A stretch of 64,000 bases of DNA. Source: Eledone cirrhosa. Its lineage: Eukaryota. Positions within the stretch are counted from its first letter, which is position 1; the number at the start of each line of letters is the position of its first letter. The notes beneath the pieces were generated by a model, which saw only the letters and a program-made list of their open reading frames with translations, was not told the origin of the DNA and did not search any database. The translations under genes and the position numbers were made by a program. This document shows positions 1 through 11,731 of this stretch, in pieces. Where the stretch lies: the NCBI GenBank assembly GCA_964016885.1, contig CAXHJY010001109.1, forward strand, positions 37,614 to 101,613. Direction: 5' to 3'.

Positions 1-125
1 TATGTCCCCAAACCACCTCCAATCTGTGACCAGGCCACAGTGTCCCCAAACCACCTCCATAGTGTGACCAGGACACAGTGTCCCCAAACCACCTCCATGC
101 TGTGACCAGGACACAATGTCCCCAA
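1..125. repeat. ~38-bp tandem repeat, ~3 copies, cut by window start
   Basis: TGTCCCCAAACCACCTCCAT..TGTGACCAGGACACA recurs; TGTCCCCAAA at 41, 79 and 117. Confidence 0.85.
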
Positions 126-344
126 AAGAGGGTGAGAGAGTAATTGAGAAAAAAATCAACACCAGTATTTGACTGGTACTTTTTTTATTGACCTAAATTT
201 GACCTCAGTGGGATTTGAAATCAGAGTGCAGAAAACTGGCAGAAATACTGTAATAATTCTATACACAACATTCTAACAACTCTGTCAATCTACCTTCACC
301 CCACCCATTGGTTATCATGTGTATCACGTAACAAATGGAATGAG

Positions 345-510
345 GCAGCCGGTCTTAAACTCCTTTGTTATATCCTGCAGGACAATAATAAACAGGAGAG
401 GGCTAAGAATAGAGCCTTGGTGGACACCTACCTATGTACTAAATTCTTCACTATAGTCATTGTTAATCCTAACTTTGCTGTCTGCTCATCTATACAGCCT
501 TCACAAGCCA
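345..510 (-). pseudogene. RTE-clade LINE reverse transcriptase fragment
   Basis: Minus strand reads SKVRINNDYSEEFST*VGVHQGSILSPLLFIIVLQDITKEFKTGC, nearly the same as the RTE ORF at 43298-44515. Confidence 0.8.
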
Positions 511-545
511 CTTATTTATTCCTAGTTTTCTTAGAATCCACCACT

Positions 546-890
546 ATCATCATCATCATTTCATTTTACGTCCGCTTTTTCCCTGCTTGCAAGGGTGTGA
601 CGGGAACTGATTCTGGCTTGATTTCTACAGCTGGATGCCCTTCCTAACACCAACCTCATTTACAGTGAGTGCTGGCTGCTTTTTTGCCGTGGCACCTACA
701 CGTCCACTTTACAGTGGAATGATATGGACTCCAGTCCCTATCATCTCATTTCTACAGCTGAGTAAACTGGAGCAATGTGAAATAAAGTGTCTTGCTCAAG
801 GAAACAACACATCACCTGGTCTGAGAATTGAACTCACAATCTTTCGATTGCAAGGCCAATGCTCTAACCACTAAGCCATGTGCCTCCATT
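546..890 (-). mobile_element. tRNA-headed SINE with (TGA)n tail
   Basis: Near-identical inverted copy at 15962-16297; A-box-like TGGCTTAGTGG, B-box GAGTTCAATTCT, ATG-repeat tail. Confidence 0.8.
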
Positions 891-944
891 ATATATGTGT
901 GTATATATAAAAAAAAGATATGTGTGTATATATAAAAAAAAGAT

Positions 945-1226
945 CTAAAGTCTGTCTTAAGCCAGAAGGCTCATTTGGTTGGTGCTTATCCCGGTTTCAT
1001 GGCATGAAGAGACTGGGAGTACAAGGTTTTCCCTTCTGGACAGGACGCCAGTCCATCACAGAGTTAAACCCCAGTTATTGCTGGTACTCATTTTCAGCTG
1101 AGTATACTGAACCAACGTGAAATGGAGTGTTTTTGCTCAAGAACACAACACGCAACCCAGGAATCAAAGCCATGGCATTATGATCATAAGTCCAACACCC
1201 TTACCACTAGGCCATGTGCCTCCACG
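945..1226 (-). mobile_element. tRNA-derived SINE
   Basis: Minus strand begins GGAGGCACATGGCCTAGTGG (A-box) and shares a TCTTGAGCAA..CTCAGCTG core with the other SINEs. Confidence 0.65.
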
Positions 1227-1776
1227 TGTGTATATATATATGTGTATATGTGGATGCAGGCATAGCTGAGTGGTTAAGAAGTTTACTTCATACTTATATG
1301 CATTGTCTTTACTATAACCTAGTGTTGACATGTATATACTCTTGCATATAGCCTCTGTGTGGTTACCTGCCCAGCTAGAAATAGTGGAGGTTATTGTGAC
1401 CATCTTAAGTATGCTATTTTTTCAATAACAAATGGTATGGTCACATCTGTAATTCCTTTAATGCCATTTCTCATTGACCAGATATGCCCTAAATCTTGAA
1501 AATAACTCAGTAAATTCATATTTTAAGTTTATAAGATAAGAAATTGGAATAGAAAAAATACCTCATAAAATATAATTTTCATATTTAACAGTCATATTTG
1601 GCTTGTTGACAGGTTATAAAAAGAACAGCTGCTTATTTAAAACAATTGATATATAAACCGTTATTGTTTATGTATATATTGACGTAAAATGATGATGATG
1701 ATGATGATGACTTGTGAATCCTGGTGGTGTTGTAAAAGTGCCATAGTGATATGGCACATCTTGAGGACTTTAAACA

Positions 1777-2190
1777 TGGTGGTGCCATTCCCTCTCTAGG
1801 ACTGATTGATCACAACTGATTTCTTATTGCAGAGAGAGTGATAGAAAGAAAGTGAGAAAATGATATTAGAGGAAAAAAATCAACTCTCAGTACTAGACAG
1901 GTACTTTTATTATCAACCTTGAAAGGAAGAAATGGGGACTTTACACCTGGTGGTACCCATCTCCTCTCTAGAACTGACTGATCACAGCTGATTTCTTATA
2001 GCAAAGGAGAGTGAGAAAATGATGCTAGAGGAAAAATGTAACCCTACTCCCAGTATGAGACTGGTACTTTTATTATCGACCATGAAAGGATAAAATGTTA
2101 AGTTGACCTCAGAAGGATTTGAACTCAGAGCTGAAGGAATACCTCAAAGCTTCTATCATGTTCTAATGACTCAGCCAATTCACTACCCTC
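1777..2190 (-). mobile_element. Decayed SINE-containing tandem duplication (~170-bp unit, 2 copies)
   Basis: TGGTGG..CTCTAG.ACTGA.TGATCACA.CTGATTTCTTAT recurs at ~1777 and ~1947; second unit runs into a SINE head (GATTTGAACTCAG). Confidence 0.6.
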
Positions 2191-2261
2191 TTTTTCTTTA
2201 TAATTTAGTCTATTTCATATGTAACTCATTATACATTTATATTTAATCTTTTTTTTTTTAG

Positions 2262-2318
2262 TTTCCCATATGTCTCTAGTCAACGGGATTTTGAGTGTGG
2301 TCTATTCTGCCACTAGTG
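2262..2318 (+). CDS. Candidate 57-nt internal host exon (phase 1-1, SHMSLVNGILSVVYSATS)
   Basis: Poly-T tract plus AG at 2260-2261, donor G|GTGAGG at 2318/2319, length a multiple of 3, one open frame; no homology recognised. Confidence 0.3.
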
Positions 2319-2340
2319 GTGAGGCTTCTTCTCTTGGGCT

Positions 2341-3312
2341 TCATTCACTGCCACTCCTTCACAGCCACTCCTTCAGTCACTCCTTCACTACCACTCCTTC
2401 ACAGCCACTCCTTCACTACCACTCCTTCACTACCACTCCTTCACAACCACTCATTCACTACCACTCCTTCACAGTCACTCCTTCACAGCCACTCCTTCAC
2501 TACCACTCCTTCCAGCCACTCCTTCACAACCACTCCTTCACTACCCCTCCTTCACAGTCACTCCTTCACAGTCACTCCTTCACTACCACTCCTTCACAGC
2601 CACTCCTTCACTACCACTCCTTCACTGCCACTCCTTCACAACCACTCCTTCACTACCCCTCCTTCACTACCACTCCTTCACAGCCACTCCTTCACTACCA
2701 CTCCTTCACAGCCACTCCTTCACAGTCACTCCTTCACTACCACTCCTTCACTACCACTCCTTCCAGCCACTCCTTCACAACCACTCCTTCACTACCCCTC
2801 CTTCACAGTCACTCCTTCACTACCACTCCTTCACAGTCACTCCTTCACTACCACTCCTTCACAGCCACTCCTTCACTACCACTCCTTCACTGCCACTCCT
2901 TCACAACCACTCCTTCACTACCCCTCCTTCACTACCACTCCTTCACAGCCACTCCTTCACTACCCCTCCTTCACAGCCACTCCTTCACAGTCACTCCTTC
3001 ACTACCACTCCTTCACAGTCACTCCTTCACAGTCACTCCTTCACAGCCACTCCTTCACTACCACTCCTTCACAGCCACTCCTTCACTACCACTCCTTCAC
3101 AGCCACTCCTTCACAGCCACTCCTTCACTACCCCTCCTTCACAGCCACTCCTTCACAGCCACTCCTTCACTACCACTCCTTCACTACCACTCCTTCACAG
3201 CCACTCCTTCACAGCCACTCCTTCACTACCACTCCTTCACAGCCACTCCTTCACAGCCACTCCTTCACAGCCACTCCTTCACTACCACTCCTTCACAACC
3301 ACTCCTTCACTG
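2341..3312. repeat. 14-bp minisatellite CCACTCCTTCAC(AG/TA/AA), roughly 70 units
   Basis: Direct reading; the 436-aa and 343-aa ORFs are by-products of a stop-free unit. Confidence 0.95.
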
Positions 3313-3442
3313 CTGTCCGACATTAATAATAATAATGGTAATGATAAGATGTATGTATATGTGTGCCATCATCATCGTTGTTTTAATGTCCACTTTCTCT
3401 GCTAGCAAGGGTGCATGTATGTATATATATGTATATATTATG

Positions 3443-4078
3443 TCAGGTCACCAGTTGGTGCTACTGGTAACATGTATCCCAGTACAACCTGTCTCATGGT
3501 CGGGTCGTTGGCGACTAAACTGGCAACCCCACCAAGGTTTCTTGGTGAGGAGGGTGACTTTGGACATCCTGCAGGACTAAAAACAAAACCTGTCAAAGGC
3601 CAAAGGAGCTCTTAAGAGTCAATGGCCATCCAAAATCACCGGGAGAGATGACCCCTTTAGCCTTAGTCAAGGCAGAATTCTAGGAGAAGGAAAACTCTGA
3701 TATAACACCTGCAACCCTGATGGTATCCAATGATGTTGACTTGTTCTTCTTTTTGGTAAATAGCATCTTGGTTAAGAGAGTGGGACTGGCTTTGTGCAGT
3801 GCCTTTGCTCACTATAAAAGCTTCACGGCACAGGCATTGCTTTATATCTGGAGATCTCTCTGCACTTGTCCTCACATGGGCCCAGCACTATGTGTCAATA
3901 ATTGTCCTACCATGGGCCTAGCACTATGTGTCAATAATTGTCACAGGTGTAGTGTTTGTACCAGAGGTTTCAAGTCGCTGGCTGGACTAAAAAGTCACAC
4001 TCGTTCAGCGCTTCGGTAGGGGTTATCCTACATGGATGTAAAGTAGTGGCCGTACTCGAAAACGAGTTGGCAGCCACC
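3443..4078 (+). mobile_element. Non-autonomous RTE-derived element (5'UTR-like part joined to LINE 3' end)
   Basis: CTAGGAGAAGGAAAACTCTGA RTE-type UTR motif; C-terminal CSVCTRGFKSLAGLKSH zinc-finger remnant; ends at (TA)n; partial copy at 18563-18908. Confidence 0.6.
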
Positions 4079-4109
4079 ATATATATATATATATACATAC
4101 ATACATATA

Positions 4110-4293
4110 TAATTGTTTCTACTTTGGGCACAAGGCCAGGAATTAATCCAGTGCATTACTGGTACTTTATTTTATCGGCCCTGTAAGGATGAAAGGCAAA
4201 GTTAAATTCGGCGAGATTTGAACTCAGACCATAAAGGGGCATAACTCTATGCTGCAAAGCATGGTGTCCGACTCTCTCTGATACTGCCAATCC
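4110..4293 (-). mobile_element. tRNA-derived SINE (CCTTTCATCC..GGTCGATAAA core family)
   Basis: A-box TGGCAGTATCAG, B-box GAGTTCAAATCT, shared core. Confidence 0.8.
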
Positions 4294-4540
4294 AAATCGA
4301 TCAGGTCCAGGTTTGTCTTTAACCTATTTGTATTTTCATTGTTGCAGTGGTTTTTGTGGCAACATGTCTCTGGTTGCAATTTTCAGTGTGACACACTACT
4401 CTATAGTTATTACTCTAAGCTATAATTTATCGATATCAGACCATTGAGTACTTCGTACCAGCTGCAAAAGATTGATTTTGAAAAATGCTAATCGTAGCTG
4501 CAACTTTAATTTTACTCACTATTATTATTATACATATATA

Positions 4541-4730
4541 AGGTGGTGGATTGGCAGTATCGGTAGAGGGTCAGACGTCATGCTTTCCAGCATAGTTACG
4601 TCCCTTTACGATCTGAGTTCAAATCCCGCCGAGGTTGACTTTGCCTTTCATCCTTACGGGGTCGATAAAATAAAGTACCAGTAATACACTGGGATAATTG
4701 CTGGCCTTGTGCCTTAAGTAGAAACAATTA
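4541..4730 (+). mobile_element. tRNA-derived SINE (same family)
   Basis: TGGCAGTATCGG..GAGTTCAAATCCC..CCTTTCATCCTTACGGGGTCGATAAAATAAAGTACCAG. Confidence 0.85.
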
Positions 4731-4743
4731 TTATACATATATA

Positions 4744-5193
4744 CTAGCAGAATGGCCCGGCGTTGCTCGGGATTCTAAACATAGATTGGCATGTTTATCC
4801 CTCCTGTCTGAAACAGTTTCGTCGCATGTTCACCAATTGATACAGAAGTCCTCATAAAAAGTGAAGTCACTTTGAGTGAATAGGCAAATAATTTTCCATT
4901 AAGATTTTTCAAAAGCATTCTTACATGAAACAAAATAAATCCTTGCAACTTATAAATGTAATTTTCTGTAATTTTCTTTGGGAGATTGGATTGGATTTCC
5001 TAACAGTATTAAATCTTGTTTTTGAAGGTGTTTCAACAAGCTTTAACACATTTCAAAGATCCCAAATAAAAATTCCGACATTTTAAATATATTTTACTTT
5101 CAGTATTGCTTTTGGTTTTGTTTTATTTTTTCACTGCATTTCTTTTTTTAATTTTTAATTTCTTATAGAATTATGGTCTCTGACTACACCACG

Positions 5194-5255
<62 letters not shown>

Positions 5256-5380
5256 TAAAGTAGAATGTGAGTTGGTTCTTGTCATGGGACCAGCAAAACC
5301 TCCAAGAGAAATTTTCCAAGTTGGAACAAGACTGCTTTCATGCAGCACATTTGTTGGACACTAACAACTATACCACCCTG
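4744..5380 (-). mobile_element. Non-autonomous Helitron (3' end certain, 5' limit uncertain)
   Basis: 4744-4920 is the reverse complement of the Helitron 3' end at 53341-53505 (CCCGAGCAACGCCGGG hairpin plus CTAG). Confidence 0.6.
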
Positions 5381-5655
5381 AAGTAAAGTAATAATGGTTT
5401 CTGATTTAGGCACAAGGCCAACAATTTTGTGGGAAGAGGAAAGTCGATTAAATCGACGCTAGTGCGTTACCGGTACTTTATTTTATCGACCCCGTTAGGA
5501 TGAAACAGGTGTAACTCTTTGCCACAAAACATGTCCGGCACTCTACCAATAATGATATTGAAAATAACAATAATGGGCGATGGTAAAAGGATTAAATCTG
5601 GTTAGATCAAATGCTACCCTTCATAACATGATGGTGTGGTATATGAAATAAGATA

Positions 5656-6981
5656 TGTTTCTTTATTAGCCACAGGGGCACAAAAGAAGGGGACAAATAC
5701 AAAGGGGGAAGTTTACATACAATAAAAACGTGTAAAATATTATCACAAATGCAATTTAAAAATTAGTCGATTTTCCCCAATAGGGGGAGACATTACATAT
5801 GGGTAACACATACCCCCGAAAAAATGTGTAACCCTCATCTCCAGGAGTACGAAGAGTTTGTAGTCCTTTCCTCTCCTCCTCTTTTTCCTCAACCTACAGG
5901 CTGACATAGAGAGAAGGCCCATTCACTCGGACCATTCTAGCCACTTTTACCCACCTTTCATAAAACTTGCTGGGGTACAGCACCTCTCTCTCCATCCTGA
6001 TTCTTCTTCCAAAGTGGTATTTGAAAAAAAGAATCAGTTGTTGGCCGGAGAGAAAGGTGTCTGACCTCAGCCCTTTCAACCTTGTTCACCATACAACCTC
6101 TTTCGCCATAGATATCACACAAAGGAAAACCGCTTCTCCTTCGTCTTTGAAGGAGGGTAGCAATTTGATCATGACAATGGACTCGGAGGTCAACCGACTT
6201 GGTCCCACCTGCGACAATAGTCGTTCTACATAGCCCCACAGGTCGGTAACGCCCGGACAGTGTATGAATGCGTGCGCGACGGTTTCTTCGTCTCGCACGC
6301 ACCTCGGACAGATCTTTTTTGCAGGATCCCTGCCCGGGCGCCCATGTCTGTAGAGCTTGTCTCGAACTGGTAGAGCTCCTCGGTAGCACTGCCAGGCCAG
6401 GGACCTTTGGAAGTTGTCCATCGGTTCCGGGCGGAAGGTCCTACCGAACAGTCTGGCCAGTTCGTCTTCCTCTACGCCTAGAGTTTCACCGAGCGTGTCG
6501 TCGCAATTGCTGCGGATCAACCCTCTATAGAATGACGAAGTGGCGTCTCCACTGATCGCCGGGTCCGCCTGCCAGAGGGCTGTGAGCGCCTGAGCACATT
6601 CGATGTGCCAGTCGCCCATTTTCCTCGGTCTTTGCTTGACGCAGGACTGCAGCTCGGTCAGCGAGACGAGTCGTGGGAAGGCTCACCTCACGAACGGGGC
6701 CCACACCGGTTGTCCGGTGAGGAATACGTAGAGATACCGCAGCCTGAGTGCGTATTTGCGCATCGTCAGCCACGGCAACCCCAGCCCTCCGTTGGAAGGG
6801 TGTTGGCAGCAGATGGATCTTCTCACCAAAGGAGCCCACCTCCTCCAAAGGAATTGGAAGAGCGCGCGCTCAATTTTGGTGAGCGTTTTGGCTGGACAAG
6901 GCACGACGGTCAAGCGGTAGTAGATGGCGGACGCTATAAAAGTGTTCGCCACCTCCGCTCGACCTTTCAAGGATAGTTTGC
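5656..6981 (-). mobile_element. 5'-truncated, decayed Tx1-type LINE with 11-bp TSD
   Basis: Close inverted copy of ~14263-15585; TSD GAAATAAGATA at 5645-5655 and 6982-6992; frameshift near 6685 and TGG>TGA stop at 6086. Confidence 0.92.
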
Positions 6982-7289
6982 GAAATAAGATAGTCAGTGA
7001 ACAACATAGCAGAAAATGGAGATGGGAACTTAACTCTTTCATTACCATATTTCTAAATACAATACATGGCTATATTCGTGTATCAAGAGTTATGTGTTAA
7101 AGGTCTACAATATAGTACATGTTAGTATGTATGTATGGTCCAGAGAGAGTCGTAGGGGCATCATGCTAACATACAGCATTCTTGGGCATTCTAAGCCTGG
7201 GAGAACCCATCCCTCTCCAGGCCTGAGTACAGCAGATTTCTTCCATAGAAAGATAGAAAGTGAGAGGGAGGAAAATGAGAAAGAGATAT

Positions 7290-9312
7290 AGAGGAAGAAT
7301 CGACCTCAGTACTTGACTGGTACTTTCTTTATCGACCTCGAAAGGATGAAAGGCAAAGTTGATCTCAGCGGGATTTGAACTCAGAGAGCAGAGAGCTGGA
7401 ATTAATACTATGAAGCATTCTATCCAACGTTCTAACAACTCTGCCATTCTATCCAACGTTCTAACAACTCTGCCATTCTAGCCAACGTTCTAACAACTCT
7501 GCCATTCTATCCAACGTTCTAACAACTCTGCCATTCTATCCAACGTTCTAACAACTCTGCCATTCTATCCAACGTTCTAACAACTCTGCCATTCTATCCA
7601 ACGTTCTAACAACTCTGCCATTCTATCCAACGTTCTAACAACTCTGCCATTCTATCCAACGTTCTAACAACTCTGCCATTCTAGCCAACGTTCTAACAAC
7701 TCTGCCATTCTATCCAACGTTCTAACAACTCTGCCATTCTATCCAACGTTCTAACAACTCTGCCATTCTATCCAACGTTCTAACAACTCTGCCATTCTAG
7801 CCAACGTTCTAACAACTCTGCCATTCTATCCAACGTTCTAACAACTCTGCCATTCTATCCAACGTTCTAACAACTCTGCCATTCTATCCAACGTTCTAAC
7901 AACTCTGCCATTCTAGCCAACGTTCTAACAACTCTGCCATTCTATCCAACGTTCTAACAACTCTGCCATTCTATCCAACGTTCTAACAACTCTGCCATTC
8001 TAGCCAACGTTCTAACAACTCTGCCATTCTATCCAACGTTCTAACAACTCTGCCATTCTATCCAACGTTCTAACAACTCTGCCATTCTATCCAACGTTCT
8101 AACAACTCTGCCATTCTATCCAACGTTCTAACAACTCTGCCATTCTATCCAACGTTCTAACAACTCTGCCATTCTAGCCAACGTTCTAACAACTCTGCCA
8201 TTCTATCCAACGTTCTAACAACTCTGCCATTCTATCCAACGTTCTAACAACTCTGCCATTCTATCCAACGTTCTAACAACTCTGCCATTCTAGCCAACGT
8301 TCTAACAACTCTGCCATTCTATCCAACGTTCTAACAACTCTGCCATTCTATCCAACGTTCTAACAACTCTGCCATTCTAGCCAACGTTCTAACAACTCTG
8401 CCATTCTATCCAACGTTCTAACAACTCTGCCATTCTATCCAACGTTCTAACAACTCTGCCATTCTAGCCAACGTTCTAACAACTCTGCCATTCTATCCAA
8501 CGTTCTAACAACTCTGCCATTCTATCCAACGTTCTAACAACTCTGCCATTCTAGCCAACGTTCTAACAACTCTGCCATTCTAGCCAACGTTCTAACAACT
8601 CTGCCATTCTATCCAACGTTCTAACAACTCTGCCATTCTAGCCAACGTTCTAACAACTCTGCCATTCTATCCAACGTTCTAACAACTCTGCCATTCTATC
8701 CAACGTTCTAACAACTCTGCCATTCTATCCAACGTTCTAACAACTCTGCCATTCTAGCCAACGTTCTAACAACTCTGCCATTCTATCCAACGTTCTAACA
8801 ACTCTGCCATTCTATCCAACGTTCTAACAACTCTGCCATTCTAGCCAACGTTCTAACAACTCTGCCATTCTATCCAACGTTCTAACAACTCTGCCATTCT
8901 ATCCAACGTTCTAACAACTCTGCCATTCTAGCCAACGTTCTAACAACTCTGCCATTCTATCCAACGTTCTAACAACTCTGCCATTCTATCCAACGTTCTA
9001 ACAACTCTGCCATTCTAGCCAACGTTCTAACAACTCTGCCATTCTATCCAACGCTCTAACAACTCTGCCATTCTATCCAACGTTCTAACAACTCTGCCAT
9101 TCTAGCCAACGTTCTAACAACTCTGCCATTCTATCCAACGTTCTAACAACTCTGCCATTCTATCCAACGTTCTAACAACTCTGCCATTCTATCCAACGTT
9201 CTAACAACTCTGCCATTCTATCCAACGTTCTAACAACTCTGCCATTCTATCCAACGTTCTAACAACTCTGCCATTCTATCCAACGTTCTAACAACTCTGC
9301 CAATTCGCTGCC
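7290..9312 (-). mobile_element. tRNA-derived SINE expanded by an internal 29-bp satellite
   Basis: SINE 5' start AGGCAGCGAATTGGCAGAG at 9312 side; B-box and core at 7290-7417. Confidence 0.85.
7418..9302. repeat. 29-bp satellite TTCTA(T/G)CCAACGTTCTAACAACTCTGCCA, 65 copies
   Basis: 1885 bp / 29 = 65 units, almost homogeneous, no spacers. Confidence 0.97.
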
Positions 9313-9529
9313 TAGAGTACATGTTAGTGACACTTCTAAATACAATACATGGCTATATTTGTGTGTCAGTTATGTGTAAAGACTACAATATAGTACATGA
9401 CTATCATGTGTTTCTATGTGTGGGATGCCCCGATTAAAGTGTCTATATATGTATATATATATAGACATATATGTATATATATATATATGTCTATATATGT
9501 ATATATATGTATATATGTATATATATATG

Positions 9530-11731
9530 TCTATAAGAACAACATACACAAAAGTCAACGCACTCTACAGACAAAAACGCATCAACGGTAAGGAAATCCG
9601 AAATCTCATCACAGCAAACGAGAGAGACGACTTCATGAGCGTCATCCGACGCGAAACGAAATATGCTCAAAACGAATGCTGTAGGCATTTCAAGAAGAAA
9701 TTAGAATGGATGAATAAGAAAAAACTACAAGAAAGGAAAATCGAATATTCTCAAAAATACCCAGATAACATCGACAATATCCGTATGAGTGATGTAAAAC
9801 TACCGGAAGAATTTACCAATGACCACACAGTAAATATCTATGGGAACACTTTAATCAGCGAACAAGAACAACAAATCCTAAGGTTACCACCAAAATTTGC
9901 CATCTACAAAAAGATTAACCCTATGGAATGCAAAACGGAGCTGGAAAAGTGTTTCACAAAAATACGTTGGAATGCAAAGGTAAACAACAACAACAATAAT
10001 AACGGTAGTAATAATATAAACAATAACTCTGGGTATAGAAATAACAGCCATAACCATAACAATGGCAGGAAAGTGAGAAATAGTGAAATGGCAATAATAC
10101 TAGCGATAGACGGAACAACAACAACCACAATAATAATAATAATAATAGAAACGTTAACCACAGACACAGCAACAGTGACCACAGTAGTAATAACGGTAAC
10201 AATACGAACAACAACAACAATAACCACAGTGGTAATAATGAAAATAGTACATGTAGCAACATCAACAAAAACAAGAAACATAATAATAGTAACAACCACA
10301 ATGGTAGAAATAGCAGTAACAACAACAACAATAACGGTGAAGTAAACAACAATACATCTAGCAATCATAACAATAATAATAATAATGCTAATGATAGAAA
10401 CAACAACAACCACCATGATAACAATAATAGCAACACACACAACTATGACGATAGAAATAACGACAACCCCTTAGAGAAACTATTTTTCAACCCAGCTGAC
10501 AAAACATATAAGATGGGTAATATCTATCCTACGAGGTTACCCTTTAATAAAAGAGTTTGCATACCACAGCAAATAGATGACGAGACGGAGGCACAGTTCA
10601 CCATAGCTAGAAATAAGATTAGACAAGTAGTAGACAGGTACACTATGAGACAGAGCAGACCAGAGGCCCAACAACTTGGGAGAAAACCTGTAGAAGGCTT
10701 GGTTAGCCTCAAGCAGCGCACAAGGGATGGTGAGGTAGTGTGTCTACCCACAGATAAGTCTGGTAGGATGTCAATAGATAGCATGCCGAACTACATCGAG
10801 GCAATGCAACCCCACATCACCAACACGAGCGAAGTTGCACAAATAACACACGATGGGAGAGAAAAAATCCTCAACGCTCACATGATGATGTGGACTGACA
10901 TCCTAAAGCCAAGCAGACGCACTGCCAACAACTTCCAGGCGTCTAATAATGGCATACCACCCTTGTATGGGCTCCGCAAAGACCACAAGACAGTCGACGA
11001 CTCGACAACAGGACCACCAACAAGACCCGTATGCGGAGCTAATATAGCTAGCAACTACAGGATCTCCTACTTCCTCTCAATGGTTATACGCCCCATAATC
11101 AAGATGTCCCCAGATGTATGTGAAAGTACAGAGGACCTCCTCAGCAGAATCAGTGAGTGCAACAAAAACAGGAGCCTATCCAACTGCATAATAGGCAGCA
11201 TGGATGTAGTGTCACTGTACCCATCCATTAACATTGATTTTGCTGTGAAAAGATGTGTGGAGATAATCATTGAGAGTGAGGTGGAGTTCTGCGACGTCGA
11301 CACAGACGAACTGGGCCTCCTACTTAGACTTACCTACGACACTGACTACCTAGACAGCCATGACCTTAGATGTTTCTGCCCTAGTAGACCTATAAGAGGT
11401 AGACCCCCCCCCCACCATAACCTCAATGGCTAAAAAGACTCCCATAGGAAGGTGGATTGGGTGGACCAAAGCCATACGGACCCCCCAAAACACTGATCAG
11501 GTAAGAAAAATGGTCGCACATGCAATAGGGGCTAGTATCAAAACTACCCTAAAGGACCACATATTTAAGTTCAATGAGAATCTACACCCAAAATGAGGGA
11601 GCAGCCATCGGCGTCAGCATAGCTGGTGATGTTGCCAACCTTTTCATGGTATGGTGGGAAAGGAGACTTAAAGATCTCCTTAATGAAAGCTCCATAGACC
11701 TCATCATGTACTCTCGTTATGTAGATGATAT
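9530..11731 (+). mobile_element. Penelope-like element, N-terminal region and RT up to YVDD; frameshifted, no 3' part
   Basis: LPPKFA, PTDKSGR, PPLYGLRKDHK, PTRPVCGA, GSMDVVSLYPSI, YTQNEGAAIG, YSRYVDDI spread over ORFs 9416, 10513 and 11574; Asn-rich insert ~9980-10470. Confidence 0.88.

Noticed and set aside
3443-3530. HDV-like ribozyme at the 5' end of the RTE-derived element
   Set aside because: CCAGT/ACTGG and a CTAA junction are present, but P1, P3 and L3 could not be assembled in the required order
2270-3580. 436-aa and 343-aa repetitive ORFs as real proteins
   Set aside because: Open frames follow from a stop-free 14-bp unit whose length is not a multiple of 3
4541-4640. tRNA genes from A-box and B-box motifs
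   Set aside because: No cloverleaf; motifs continue into the repeated SINE body
7418-9302. CRISPR-like 29-bp repeat array
   Set aside because: No spacers, no cas genes, eukaryotic context; the unit derives from a SINE
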